This document shows, piece by piece, positions 36,401 through 49,654 of a DNA stretch of 64,000 nt (position 1 is the stretch's first letter; each line of letters begins with the position of its first letter). The notes beneath the pieces are model-generated. The model was not told the origin of the DNA, ran no database searches, and worked only from the letters and a program-made list of their open reading frames with translations. A program made the position numbers and the translations under genes. The DNA is from Raillietiella orientalis (Eukaryota), in assembly GCA_036172245.1 (NCBI GenBank), contig JAYWIR010000042.1, positions 1,054,001 to 1,118,000 on the forward strand, read 5' to 3'.

Positions 36401-38299
36401 AGTTTTCCTGAAACTTTTCCCAATCAAAAGGACGTGTATTCGTCCTCCTATAATTCAGGGCGGCCGCTACGACGAATTCGTGTGAATATTTGTCAATTTT
36501 TCTAAATTTCTTCATGGGCATAAATAATCAAACCCATGCGTAACGTTTCTGAAACAGATAGACTGAACAAAAGGAAAAAAAGCATGCTCCGAATTTAAAT
36601 TCTCTACAAGTCTGGATTCCTGCTTTCCATCTACAATGTTTGGTTTCGCTTTGTTTTTTTTAATCTTCAAAAAATATATATTTTTTAAATTATTTATGAC
36701 ATATATGACCCCGCTACAAAATTCCTTATTGATATGCACAATCAGGTTCTGAATGTAGCGTTTTCACTACTGATGAGCAAGCAGGCGAAAAGGATGCCTT
36801 GACTTCCATACGACCCGGTTTGAGTCCCAAATGTTACACCTTTTATTTCCTAAAGCAGATGCCAATTGAAATCACAAAGTCCTCGTGTCATCACGATCCT
36901 ACAAGATGGTGACCTTTGTAGGGTATGCGCGAACACACGAACTGAAATGAAGAGCAGCTTTCTCAGGAAACGGGAATGCCCCGGAATCGCAATGCCTGCC
37001 TCTTAACAGAGGCAATAACTTTGCCTAAAGCAAACTCAGGAGGGGTCACTTTCCAAACTTAATCCCGCCTGAAAGGAAAATTATTCTTGCTACAAACACG
37101 GAATATGCGAAAAAGCTCTAGAGTCAGGGATGGACAGAATTCTGCTGTCGTCGAAAGGAAAGGAAAGTCGCCAGCGTCTCTAGAGAGAAAGAAAAAAGCA
37201 AGGACCGAAGAATCCAAGTTGACTGCGAAACCGCGGGCATGAGGGCCGCTTCCAAGCCAACTTCATTCTGAGCAGCACGAATGCGCTTGGCACGCTCAGT
37301 GAGAGAGATGCTTGCAGACCAACGGCCACAAGAGACTTTGGGAGTTGTGGTTCCGGTAGTCTTTGCTTAAAAACATCGTCTGGATCTCAATAGCATCCTG
37401 AAGAAAGGAGTGGAACGAAAACATCGTTCTAGACGACGATATTTCGTCGAGAGGAATCCGAAAGGAACTTTGTCGCAAACGGGCCAAGATGATAAGAAAC
37501 GCGTGCCTCTCCCGGGAGCGCGCCATCTCAATGGCCTACACAGCTGACGCTGGTCCCAGGGAACGAAAAAGTCACTGCTGCAGAAGCCAAAGCAGGAACT
37601 TGGCCTACCCATCCGAAGTAGTAAGGAAAACTTCCGACCGCAAAATCCCGTTTTTGCCGTGTGCTACTACGATCATCCCATTCCTCCCCACCCCATAAAA
37701 CTTTGTCCCCCCGGCGTTTTTGCTTTTTTTTCTTTTGTTTTTTTTGGTTTTCCCGTCCCTTTCGCTTGTAAAGAGTACCACACCGGCGGCCAGCGGGTCG
37801 ATAAGGACAAGTGGAAAAACACTGCCAGAACCATGTGTTCTGGAAGAAGCAATGCCCAAAAGACTAAATTTAAATATAACAAATAATGTAAAATTTTAAA
37901 AATAAAAGCCCCAGCTTATCCGGATGAAAAGCTACGGTCATTCGATGCATCTGTCACTTACTATAACAAGCGTGCTCCCCAAGGTATGGAATATTCAGTG
38001 GAACTTCAATTAACTGCAATTACCTGAAAAAGACACAGCGCCGTTGCCCAAAGTTGTTGCAGACCTCAGACTGCAAGACTTGTTGCCGAGCACGTGCTCG
38101 ACTGCCTCTGGAGGATGCAAAGCGAGTCAGAGCGATAAGAAAGAAAACCAGGAAGACATGCGTTTTGTGAAAGTGAGCTTTGATCCAGCGAAACGTCTTC
38201 AGCGCGAGGATTAGCGTGAGGATACGTTTGCCCTTTTCCTTTCGTTATGTCCACCTCGATGCCGCTGTTGCGATCCATGGCTTGTCGGTTTTGCCTACC

Positions 38300-38360
38300 C
38301 ATTTACTACATAGGTCATTTCGCCTTTGACCTCTCCGCGAAATGACCTATTTAGTAAATG
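38300..38360. repeat. Near-perfect inverted repeat (24-bp arms, 1 mismatch, 13-nt loop)
   Basis: catttactacataggtcatttcgc (38300-38323) pairs with gcgaaatgacctatttagtaaatg (38337-38360). Confidence 0.9.
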
Positions 38361-38710
38361 ACCTTGTTTAGTAATAATGCTTGGTGGACAGAAAAGTGCT
38401 GAAAGACAACTCGGAAAAACGAAAGTCTAAGGAGCAACTCGTTCGGACCTTCATTTGCTTCAGTGACTTTTATTTTTTCCCTTTAACAGAATCTGCATCG
38501 ATTAGGACGTCTTTAGAATCACTAGGGAAATTTTCTAGACCTATTGGAGTGGAGCTGCTTCGATCGCTGCTGCGGTATGAAGAACACATGCATACGAAAC
38601 CAGATTTTTTTTTCTTCAACAGTTTGGAGATGAAAGCTAATGGCAACTGCTCATGCTATTGATGATGTCTTCTGGGAACATAGAATACTCTCCACTCCAT
38701 CTTCCACACT

Positions 38711-40328
38711 CTAGTGGTATGCCGCATTCAGCTGCTCCAAGATGTTTCTTGCTCTTTCCAGTGTTTCCTCATTCTACAGGAGATTTTAACAGGACGAGGC
38801 AGGATGCGATTACCTTTATGAAGCAGAATCGGATGAAATTACGAGCGAGGTGCTTGTGAGCATCACTGTAAAAAGCAGAACTGGGGATGCCCTGCAGTTT
38901 CCATTTTCGGGACATCCACTTGACAAATTTATAGTCTGGAGATTCCTCTAGTTCTTCCGCTGGAGTTTGAATGGAAACTCTGTTGCCTAAGAAATTGGTT
39001 TCTGAGTCCAGCCGAGTCTACCGTAGGGCACAGTACCTAAGGACGACCAGTCTGCCAGCATAAAGTAACCGCCTTCTGGGACTATGGGAAGAAATTCCAT
39101 GTCCTTGAGCATGGATGCCAATGAATCTCTCTTCGGAAGCAAATCTCGAGCAAGAGACTGTAGGTAACACTCAGGTCGGCCGAAGCAGAGAACTTGTTTT
39201 TCCACGAGAGAGGCTACAGCCTCTTGTAAAGGAGTAGGACAAGTGTAGACACAATTTTGGTGTACAAGGCACATGTTCCGCATTATATGACTTGGTCCAT
39301 ACGCCCATCCCAGCTTCCAGCCGGTCACGCTGAATGTCTTTCCTGCACTCCCAATTGTCACGGTTCTGTTCCACATGCCAGGTAACGAAGCTACAGTATG
39401 ACTAAGGTTCGGGAAGCAAATTAGCGTGGGATACCTATGCGTATGTGTTCCAGAGGAGGGTAAACCAACCATTCGTACACCTCATCTGAAATAACAAGGA
39501 CGTCCCATTGCTGCGCTAACCTGGCTATTTGCTCAAGTTCCCATCTAGAGTACACTTTTCCCAGAGGATTGTTCGGACTGTTCACGATTATAGCTTTGGT
39601 GCGGTCATTGAACGCCGATTCTAACTCCTGCAGATCGAATGTCCAGTCTTGTGAAGAACGAGCACCATTCTCCTTGGGTTTCAAAGCTATAAAGACTGGA
39701 ATTCCGTGGGCTAATTTGACCATTGGTTCGTAACAGTCAAAATACGGCTCAATGATGATGACTTCATCATTGGGATTGATGTTTCCCATGATGGCACAGA
39801 AAAGTGCTTCATAAGCACCAACTGTTACAAGAATTTCCGTGAAGCTGTCGATGCTGTGACCAATAAGCGAAGAATAAAGTTTGGATAGTGCGTGGACAAG
39901 CCTCGGGTGTCCCTGAAGTGCACATAAATTCTCATCATGAATTTAGTAATTGTGTTTACACTGCTTCTTGTGTACTGATGCAGGAGGAATCCTTCGCTTT
40001 GAACGACGTCCGTAAGAGCATTGGTCACCTCCCATGGTGGCGCGAAATCAGGAAACCCTTGTCCCAAGTTAATTGGTTGATTATCATGAGCTAATTTTAT
40101 CAATTCCACCCTTCAATTAGATGATAATAGAAGTGATCTTATTTTAGTTCAGGCTACTTTAGAGCAAAGGATCACATTCAGTGGATTGGAAGATTCCAAA
40201 ATTCAATCCACTGGATGTGAAATGCCTTAAAATACGTCTTACCATACATTCTTTTCCATGCCTGCCAGTCTTCTTGCTGCGGGGAATTGGTTACTATCAT
40301 TCCCGCGGTCATCCCCAGACGAATTCAT
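38711..40328 (-). CDS. Kyat: Kynurenine aminotransferase / cysteine-S-conjugate beta-lyase (KYAT1/KYAT3-like, class I PLP enzyme; 434 aa)
   Basis: Exons 40243-40328, 39960-40110, 39435-39912, 39037-39390, 38814-38986, 38711-38773 (1305 nt, in frame). Motifs: INLGQGFPDF, HQYTR..GHPRL, VTVGAYEAL, EPYFDCYEPM, NSPNNPLGKV, ISDEVYEW, PLP-lysine GSAGKTFSVTGWKLGW, GGYFM, IRFCFIK. Confidence 0.95.
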
Positions 40329-43300
40329 CACTTTACACTTTCCGATTTGGCCTGTGTCTGGAGGAAGAAAAAAAATGCGCTCGCAAATGTGATGGCTGAT
40401 TAGTTAAAAAAGATGCACCTTCTGATACATTCACTACATTATGATTTATCTAATCTTACACCAGAGCGACTGGCTATCTGTATTCAACGAGACTAAACGA
40501 TCAGCTCTCATTTGTCGACCTTCGATACTCTATCGAACTGCTATCCACCGAACACTTGATGCGTACTCATGGGAACCTCGTGAAAGTGTTTACCTTTCTG
40601 GAATCGACAAAAAAGGCTCGTTTCTTGTGACTAACGGAAACTTCAAGAAGCAATGTAGGCTTTTAAAGAGAACGGCAAATAACTTGCAACTAGTTAATGC
40701 TTCGTCGCAATTAGCTTTCTTAAGCCTCAGTACAGCGTCTCTGCAGCCTATTTGCCGATTCCGGAAACACGTTCGCAGGAATCCCCATCGGTTCTCATCG
40801 GTTTCCGATAGCCATCAGCTAGGAAGGTTGCCCTAACTCGATAAGCAAGAGGTGAGAGCCCTGGGGGAAAAGCACCGTGCCAGAAGGAAACGGCGACACA
40901 ACCCCTATTGCAACACAATGTGGCAGCCCTTTCTGGTGTTTCTGTCCTTTTGGACAGATCTGACAAGAACACGGCTCGGTTGGATCTTTTTCCACCCTTC
41001 CGTCCTGAAGTCAACAACACTCTTGCGCGATTTGCATGCTGCGAGTGCGTTTCAGAGCAAACGTTGCGCTTGGGAAAAGAAACGGACCATCTGAGGGAAA
41101 TTTGGCTGCAGGATACATCCGCAATGGAGCTTTGGGGTGCTTAAAAGCAGACTTGGGAGTCAGAGGAAACCATCCCACTACCGGCGACATTCTTCCTCAG
41201 GGTCCTCTTCGAACCGTTTTGGACGAACCAAGTTCCGAATCGCGGCGGATAAGTTCAGGGGTCCAGTTCGGATCTCGTGGTTCGTCGCGTTGCTTCCGTG
41301 AAGATCTGACGAGGATGGGTCCACGGATGAAGCGAGCTCCTTCGATAGAAAGCGGCAAAATCTGCTTGGCTGCTACTCTGGCCGTCTCCGGGCGACCGGC
41401 TACCCTTCCGGCGCGAGGAACCCAAGTTTGCAGCACCCGCAGCCACGCGACGGAAGCCACGCCGGGTAACAGCGCAACAGGACTGCGAAGGCAGGTGCAG
41501 ATGCAGCGCTTGAGAGTCATCCCGGCGTGGATGCCAACCCTGTAAACCGCTCCAGGTGGTTTCCGTGGATGCCAACCGGTGCCATCCGCCGTCTCATTCA
41601 GGCAGCGGCCCGGAGCCTCAAGGAAGGCGCACCTGGGTTTCCTGGGGGCTCCCTTCCTATCTGCACCCCCCTCGCCTACCCCATCTTGTCGCAGGACGAT
41701 CCCCCGCACGTGGCGACCTCTTCCCTAAGCATCGAGCTGCCCGCCGAACGGGGAAAAAAATGCCCACGTGGTCTCTGTGTGCCATTCTATCCGGGACGTA
41801 CGCAGACGAGTTTCGCCAAGCATGACGTTCCTCTTGGAAGAGGGAAACTCTTCCCAAAAGCAAAGGGGATGCAGCATGTACTTTACGCATGTTACGTACT
41901 CGAGGAAAGCGTACTGCATTGTGTCGCAGGACGCGGGAACAGCTCGGCGAAGCTGGACTCCCAACTCGAGTGCGAAAGTTTCCCGAGCGGGAAGACAGAG
42001 GATCGCGTGGATCTCGCACGCGGCAGGAAGTGGGCGCAGTTGCTCGCGAAACGGCACGAATAGCGCGTCGAGAGCGCCGCGGGCGGGCGCTCTGCGAAGC
42101 AGAGGGAGAACAAAACGCGTTCGCTCCGGCAGGATACGGACGTACCGAAATGGCAGGCGTCTCCGGTCGTGGGATCCTGTTGCCAGGCTCGAACTGCGAG
42201 CTGGGGAGGGGAATGGAACAGCGACACGCTTCGGGACCCGTTTCAGACCCTACGACTCGCAGGGGACGCGGGAAGAGGGACCCCGTGGGGTGCTCCCGTC
42301 CCACAGCGCGAAGACCGACACTCACCTGAAGTACCCCGACCGCCGCTCCGTGAAGGCTGCACTGCTCCGGGAATGCTCCGAGACTGGAACTTCCACTCGT
42401 GCGCGTGGGCGGACGTGCGGGAATTCCCTCCCTCGCCCCCTCCCTCCCCAAGCTGCTCCCAGAACTGCTGACTGATCGATCTCCCGAGGATTAGAGAAGA
42501 GGCGGATGTCCTCGCGTGCGACCTTACGGGGCTGGTCGTCTTTAGCAGCCGGAACGGAGTCAGCTTTGCCGCCAGCTGCGCCCCGAGGGCAGCCTCCCTC
42601 ATCCTCCCGCGCAGCAGCCTCCCCTGAGCCACCACCGCGGCAGCAGTGCCTTCGAGTTCGACACCGCCGCTTCCCACTACCACCCATCTACCCGTCCCGC
42701 ACCGTGGGCGCTCGGGAGCGCGCCTGCGGGCACGGCCCGACGACGACCGCCACCACTTGCGCGCGCGATTCTAGGCACGGGTTCTGGAACCCTCCCCCCG
42801 TCCTCCCCGTGTCCCACCTCGCTTGGGATGCCCCTCGTCTGCCTCGTCGCCCGGTCCGGGTGATGGACAGAGCTCTCCTTGCGCTCGCGCGTGCCTCCCG
42901 TGATGGTGGGAATGAGGGTGGAGGAGCCTCTTCTCCATCAACGCATCCGCCCACGCGGGAGCAGCGCATGCCTCTCGCTGCGGACCGGGGTCTCCCCTCC
43001 TCTTGCCCCTCCCACGGTGAGTAGGGCAGGGGGCAGAAGGGAAAGGCGAGCGCTCTCGGGGCGAAACGCAAGCGTCCTCCCGAGTCCAGGAAGCCGCTTT
43101 CTCCTCCCAAGCTGGAGCGCCCGCGTGTCCTCTGGTAGGGGCGCTGAGCCTCCTCCGCTCCCGCCGGTCCCGCCGCCCCACCTCTGCCACGGAGGTCGCG
43201 GGGACGAGAGGAGAGATCTTGCGCACTCCTGGCAGTCTCTGGGTCATCTCCCGCGCTCCCTTCCAGAGACCTCAAGGAATCGGGCCTTTCCAGGGGGACG

Positions 43301-43429
43301 GACTTTGCCCCCTTCGAGACCCTGAGGAGCATCGATACGGGGTCTCTCTGTATGCCCAAGTGGATGGACTGAAAGGACGTGGACGAGGTGCGGATGGCCG
43401 GGAGGTGGCCGGTCCGTCGACCTCCCTAC

Positions 43430-44034
43430 CGCGCGCATCTTTCTGCAGGAAGGAATTCCAGCTCTCGGGAAAAGTCGGAGGGAGAAGAACACCCTGAAGA
43501 ACCTACCAGAGGAATTCTTCGCGTCCCGCTTTGTTCCTCCCCATCCCGGGCGGGCTCCTTCACGTTTCCTCTCCATGGCCTGGGGGAGTGTCCTCCGTTT
43601 AAGAGCGCGCAAACGGTACACGTAGGGCCTCCCTCAGGAAACCCCGCGCGTCAGAGGCAAGAGTGTCTGCCGCCCCGGGAGACGGGACGAACCGCGACTG
43701 TTGTTTTGAGTATCTGCGCTCGGGGTGAAAGGGGAGAGGCGGCGGTGGACCTTCCGACCGGGTGCGTAGTGCCGACCTGACCCGTCTGCTCAGGCTCCTC
43801 CTCTCTCCAATTAGGCGGACTCTCTCCCTCCCTCTTCTCCGCGTCTCGAAAAAGCCCGCCTTATCCCCCGTGTCGTGTGGCAACCGTTGCGTCTCCCGTC
43901 CTCCTCCCTCCGGTGCAGCGCGGCTTCCTCTCAGGAGAAACGTTACTATCGCGCGCGCATCTTTTTGCAGGAAGAAATTCCAGCTCCTGGAAAATGTCGG
44001 AGGGAGAACACCCCGCCGAACCTACCAGAGGAAT
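43430..44034 (+). repeat. Local direct repeat of ~85 bp (43430-43515 and 43952-44034), each copy starting with an acceptor-like tract
   Basis: Both copies read cgcgcgcatcttt(c/t)tgcag-gaag..attccagctc...gtcggagggagaa...cacc...gaacctaccagaggaat. Confidence 0.85.
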
Positions 44035-44895
44035 CCCAACTGGGACCTTCCAGGGGAAGGGAACCAAAAGGACGGAACTTTCACACCTCCAGCGGTCCCA
44101 TGATGGAACCGCGGGGGAAATTCGTCGATGGCCGCCACCCAGTGCTCTGTGATCATCCGGAAGGTTTGCTGTAGCTCCGTCTCTCCGGCAAGCATTTTGG
44201 AGGAAGGGGAGGGGGGGCCTTCGAAATTCAGGACTTGAGGCTGGAAGAGGAAACTGCTGGATTTCGTTCCCCTCTCCCCCGGCTTGTCAGGGAGTTCCCT
44301 TTACCCGGTCGCCCATGGTGGGAGAACCAGCGGGCTTACTCGCCAGTTCAGGACCAACAGCAGGCAGGGTCTGCGGGAGCTCTGACTCGCGAATCCGTGT
44401 TCCTCGTGCCAGCAGAGCCGCCGCTTGGCACCCGGCATGCAGCAGTCAGGCGCTGACGGCAACCGAAGGAAGGAGGAAGCTCACGAGCTGGTCAGGAGGA
44501 GCACCTCTCTGGAGCGAACGGCGGTGCCACTGGCACGTCTTTTCAAGCAACTGATCCGCCACTTCCTGGTATCTGCAACTGCCGGGAAAGAGGTGCTGAC
44601 AAACTTGAGGGTTCCTGCAAGAAAACTTGGTCGGGAAAGAGCCCTGGTCCAAGAGACCATCTCACCTCAATATGCACTGCTTTGTGGTTTTACCTTTGCG
44701 GACTGCGATGGCGATGAGAGAAATTGCTGAAAGAAGCCAACAAAGAGTGACTCATCGGAAAGCAGAGTAATTGGCATTTGAAAACAGAAGTGAAAGGGAA
44801 GTTTAGAAACGAATGGGATGCCAGCAGCAAGGAAGCAGGAATTCTACCTAGACTGTGAAACTCCCAAACCTGCATTGCATCGGAGTATAGTAAAG

Positions 44896-44942
44896 TCTTG
44901 AAGATCATACAAGATCGGTTTTTCCGTGTATGATCTTCAAGA
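44896..44942. repeat. Perfect 16-bp inverted repeat with 15-nt spacer
   Basis: tcttgaagatcataca (44896-44911) pairs with tgtatgatcttcaaga (44927-44942). Confidence 0.9.
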
Positions 44943-46376
44943 GAACTTATTTAAGGAGACTATTTAAGACAACTTATTTAAAGAGAAACAGCTCCTGGTG
45001 CAATTTGTGATTCTTATGGAGAATGGATACTGAAAGTTTCGAATACTCTATCCCAGTGAAAGATGAACATCTTGTGTTGTTCTCTAAAGAGTAACTGAAT
45101 CCAAACGGATCCTTTTATATCCTTAAAATCGGAAGTCGCTTGCCAATGGGATCAACGAAGGCAGCACCTTTGCTAAAGCATCAGAAACACTACTAGACTT
45201 AAGATAAAAAACTTTTCTTCAGCAGATCACTTTCACCAGATTTTTCCAATTATTCAGAGTCTGAAGCAACTTCCGTCTTATGCTGTAAAGTAGCCTGGAG
45301 AGGAAGTCCGTAATCATAGATGTGATAGTTGCATGTAGCAACCTACAAATCCTGTAAATATGCAACCGAAAAATGTGAATGCGTTTCTGACTCCAAAACT
45401 TGTAAGCACAACAAAAGTTTAAAGAGCAAGAAACTGATCAAAACTGTATTCTCTGTACATTTGTTGTAACAAAGAGTAACAAAAACCAAAGTACAATATT
45501 AAGCGATGATTTCTGAAGAAAAGTGCGACTCGACTGAAGTAAATATTCTAAATGGGAAATTACATCAAATCTTGCTTGAGAATCAAGCAATAGTCCTTTA
45601 GTTTAATCCCTTTCAAAGCAGTTTCAAGTAAATTTCTTTCAAGTAAATTACTTTCTTTTCAATCCATTCTGTTTCGTCCTTCACTGAATTGTAAACTAGA
45701 TTCAGTTCAATGATACTTGATATTACCGATTCAGAATCGACAGTTTCTAGTTTTATCCTAATCTTCAGAATAAGTAAAGAGTTGAAAGTAGCTTGAACTA
45801 TTAAAATGAAATCAGAGTAGCAAGCAAATAATATTAGAAATGTGCTATTAACATGATTGTTTTTTACTCTACATGTTTACTTTTGCAAGTTTATTCTCTA
45901 TTATATCCGTTCATTCTGCTTGCTTTTAGATTACTTCTCTCTTTCAAACAATGATTTTAGACAATTTTGATTTGTATAAATTTATTTATATATGTAATTT
46001 AATTTTCTTTTGAGTGTGTCATTATTACTTCATTTTATTTTAAGGATTTCATTTGATTTTATTTTAACTTCATTCAAGGATGATGGATGTCATTTTCGAG
46101 GTTCAAATTATTTTCATTCTAATTCCAGTAACAACAGGATTATTCATCTTCATTTACATAACATAATTGCAGTTGTGGATAAAAAAAAATTATCAACAAA
46201 TCCTTGTTTTATTAACAACATTTTATGCATTTAAACACGAGTAGATACTGGAAAGTAACTTTTGCTGAAAATTTAAGAGTAGATGTTCCGAATTACTGAG
46301 AATACTGCATAAAAACTGGTGTGCTTTTCAGTTGTGCGGTTGATTTTCTCAGACGGTAACTCCTAAAATTAAAAAC

Positions 46377-49300
46377 ATGGCTTTGTGTGTTCCGAAACCC
46401 CCTGGAATTTTCCAAATGCTCAAAGAAGGAGGGAAGGTAGGTCTTATTAGTACTATAATTAAGGGTACTGAGGTTTGGAATGTATGAATGCTTATTTGAA
46501 AGTATGGCTGATTATTACCACTTTTATGAAACCAATTACCGATGTGGCACATAGAACGCCGTTCATGAGAAATTATGGACCTAAGGTTTCCAATAAAGGC
46601 ATTTTTTGCCGTCATAATTAGTACATATACACATGGTGGTGTATCAGGATTTGGTTTTTGTTTTTAGGACAAACGTGTTATTTAATTAGGTTTCTACTCA
46701 GATCAGGATTTTGTGATTACCCGTTGTTTAGGGTATTATTGGCTTTTGTTTTAAAACGAGGAAATCGGGAACATATAGTGGGAGTTCATTTTATGACTTG
46801 CGATGGAGTATTCGTAGATATCTGTGAAACAGCTATCAGGAGCCCTTCAACATCTCCGTTTTTTTCCCATGCTTTAGTAAAAATTAGACGACAAAAAACA
46901 AGACAACCTTTTTAATTAAAGTTTATGAATTGGAACTTTTTGTTCGACTTGGTTGGGATTCGAATTTGAATAGATTGGGATTTAGACCCATGTTCTTGCA
47001 GTGATATTAAGCTGCATTAAAAAACAAACAAATGAAATTCTTTCCAGTGAATTCATTCAAACAGATAGGTGTGTACTTTGTCTTATGGAAACAAAGGTGT
47101 GATTATTGAAATATCAGTAGTAGTTGTTTCACAACTGTTTTCAATGGAGAATTACCAATGGTACTACAGTTTGCATTTGACACAAAAACTGGATGTTGAT
47201 CTTAGGTAATTTTATAAATAAATAATTTAGAAACATTTTTTCATCGAGACTTATAAAGTGGTCTTTGATGAGCAAAAAAACAAATTCCAGAGTTCAGAAG
47301 ACGTTTCTGCATTTTTCTTGTCTACCTATAGATGTTAATGCTTGTTATGGGGCTCTGCACATTATTATCACCTAATAAGAAAATAATAAAAATTTCAAAG
47401 CTTTATTGTATTTACCTCAATAAACATGTCATAGTTCAATTAGAAGCTGTAATTAGTATAAACATGATAAATAAAATTGAATTGGAAATGTGTTTCATAA
47501 TAAACTGTACATGATGCACTGCTGTTCTAATTGATGTGATACTTGTCTTTGATTAGTACCTCTCTGGATTGGATGAGGCTGTTCTCTCCAACATTGATGC
47601 TTGTAAACAGTTTTCTCAAAGTTTGGAAACATCATATGGACCATGTGGAATGAATAAATTAATTGTTAATCACTTGGACAAGTTGTTTGTTACAAATGAT
47701 GCTGCAACAATTATCAAAGAATTGGATGTAAGTTTATTGATATCCATTGTGTTTATTTTAGAAAGTCATCCTATTTGATTTCATACTAAATTATTGGAGG
47801 AGCTTTGATTTGATTTCATGCTAAATCATTGGTTGGGAATCACAACTGTGATTGAACTTTTAGGTTAATCATCCTGCTGTAAAGCTTATTGTGCAAGCTT
47901 CTCAAATGCAAGAAAAGGAAGTGGGGGATGGAACAAACACAGTAGTCATCTTTGCTGGCCAGTTACTAGAAGCTGCTGAAGAATTATTGAGAATGGTATG
48001 CTTATTACTTGTGCATTCTGTTTCTAATTATTATTTGGTGAAGGGTCTCAAACCAACTGATGTAGTAGATGGGTACCAGATAGCTTTGGAACATGCGTTG
48101 CATTTACTGCCATCTTTGTCTGTTGAAGAAGTGAAAGATATGAAGAATAAGACCTCAGTGCAAAAAGCCATTAAACCAGCCATTATGAGCAAGCAATATG
48201 AAGATCATGAATTCCTGTCCAAATTAGTCACTGATGCATGCGGTGAGTCAATACTTTTTGATGTGAAAGAAATGTGTTTTTTTAGTGGCTGTTATGGGAA
48301 AACATGGCACGTTCAATGTGGACCATGTCAGGATTTGTAAGATTCCGGTGAGCTTTGTTTTGGCTTAACTTTCTGTGCATAGTCATGTTTTAAAGGGTGC
48401 AGGACTGCAGAATTCTGAAGTTGTGAGAGGGATGATCTTTAAACACCAGGTGGAGACTGCCTGTACAAAAAAGGAATCAGCTGTTGTAGCTGTATACACA
48501 TGTCCAGTGGATATTACCCTAACTGAAACTAAGGTATTGAAAGCTAGATTCATTGGCAACGTGGTTTTCTCAGGGCACAGTGCTTATAAAATCTGCTGAG
48601 GAGTTATGCAATTTCACTGCCGGAGAAGAACACCTTCTTGAATCACAAATTAAAGCCATAGCTAATTCAGGAGCCAATGTAATTGTCTCTGGAGGAAAGT
48701 TTGGAGATTTAGCATTGCATTATATGAACAAGTATAATTTACTGGGAGTGCGCTTAACTAGCAAATGGGATTTACGGCGCCTCTGCAAGCTAGTAGGAGC
48801 AGTAGCCCTACCCAGATTGGTTTGTGGCACACTTTCCTTGCTTTATTTTAACTTGGTTTTAGGTTGCTCCATCTCTAGAGGAATTGGGATCCTGTTCTCG
48901 AGTTTTTGTAGATGAAAAAGGGAGTACTAGCGTTGTTGTTTTTGATCAAGACAATGCTGAAGATGCCTTCTCTATTGCAACGATTTTATTGCGTGGTGCC
49001 ACTGATAATTTCTTAGATGATGTGGAAAGAGCCATAGATGATGGCATAAACACCTACAAGGCTCTCACTAGAGTAAATTCTCAATTCGAAGCATTATAGG
49101 ATCAAAAGTTTTACATGTTTTAGGATGGACGTTTGCTTCCTGGTGCAGGGGCCACTGAAATTGCATTAGCCCTGCATGTTGCCAGGCAGGCAGATGGGTA
49201 CAAAGGCTTAGAGCAATATGCCATAAGGCGGTTTGGCCAAGCATTAGAAGCCTTTCCAAAGTTCCTCGCTGTAAGTTCTGGCCTTTCTCCAGATTTGGCT

Positions 49301-49600
49301 TTGTCCCAGTTGTGTAGTGCAAATGAACTTGGCCGGAAGAATGATGGAGTGGTGATTACAGTGAGTCTTTGTGTTTATGATTTATTATTCAGACTGATCC
49401 TTTTGCTGCAGGATAACCAAGGAACAGTAAAAGATGCAATTGCAGATAGCATCGTAGATCCCTACTTGGTCAAATTCTGGGCACTTAAATATGCCACAGA
49501 AGCTGCATGTACAGTGCTGAGAGTAGATCAGATTATCATGGCCAAGCAGGCAAGTGGACCCAAACCACGTGATAACAGAGATGGAAATGAAGAAGATTAG
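46377..49600 (+). CDS. CCT8: T-complex protein 1 subunit theta (CCT/TRiC chaperonin; 547 aa)
   Basis: Exons 46377-46436, 47557-47727, 47864-47995, 48044-48242, 48286-48347, 48396-48533, 48574-48819, 48863-49072, 49124-49360, 49412-49600 (1644 nt, in frame). N-terminus MALCVPKPPGIFQMLKEG, then SYGPCGMNK, VTNDAATI, GDGTN, AIMSKQY, SKWDLRRLCK, DDVERAIDDGINTYK, and C-terminal VDQIIMAKQASGPKPR typical of theta. Confidence 0.97.
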
Positions 49601-49612
49601 TTTAATCTTCTA

Positions 49613-49618
49613 AATAAA
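49613..49618 (+). terminator. Polyadenylation signal of CCT8
   Basis: AATAAA 12 nt after the CCT8 stop, followed by a T-rich downstream tract (49624-49638). Confidence 0.6.
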
Positions 49619-49654
49619 AAAAGTTTTTTTTTTTTTTTCCAACATTATTCATCA

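Noticed and set aside
40329..40700. N-terminal (mitochondrial) extension of Kyat through an upstream exon
   Set aside because: The nearest candidate upstream exon has an in-frame stop in the required phase, so it is treated as 5' UTR.
46437..47863. Intronic snoRNA in CCT8 introns 1-2, including a 25-nt tandem duplication at 47773-47797/47808-47832
   Set aside because: No properly spaced C/D boxes with terminal stem or H/ACA fold recognised; the duplication looks like slippage.
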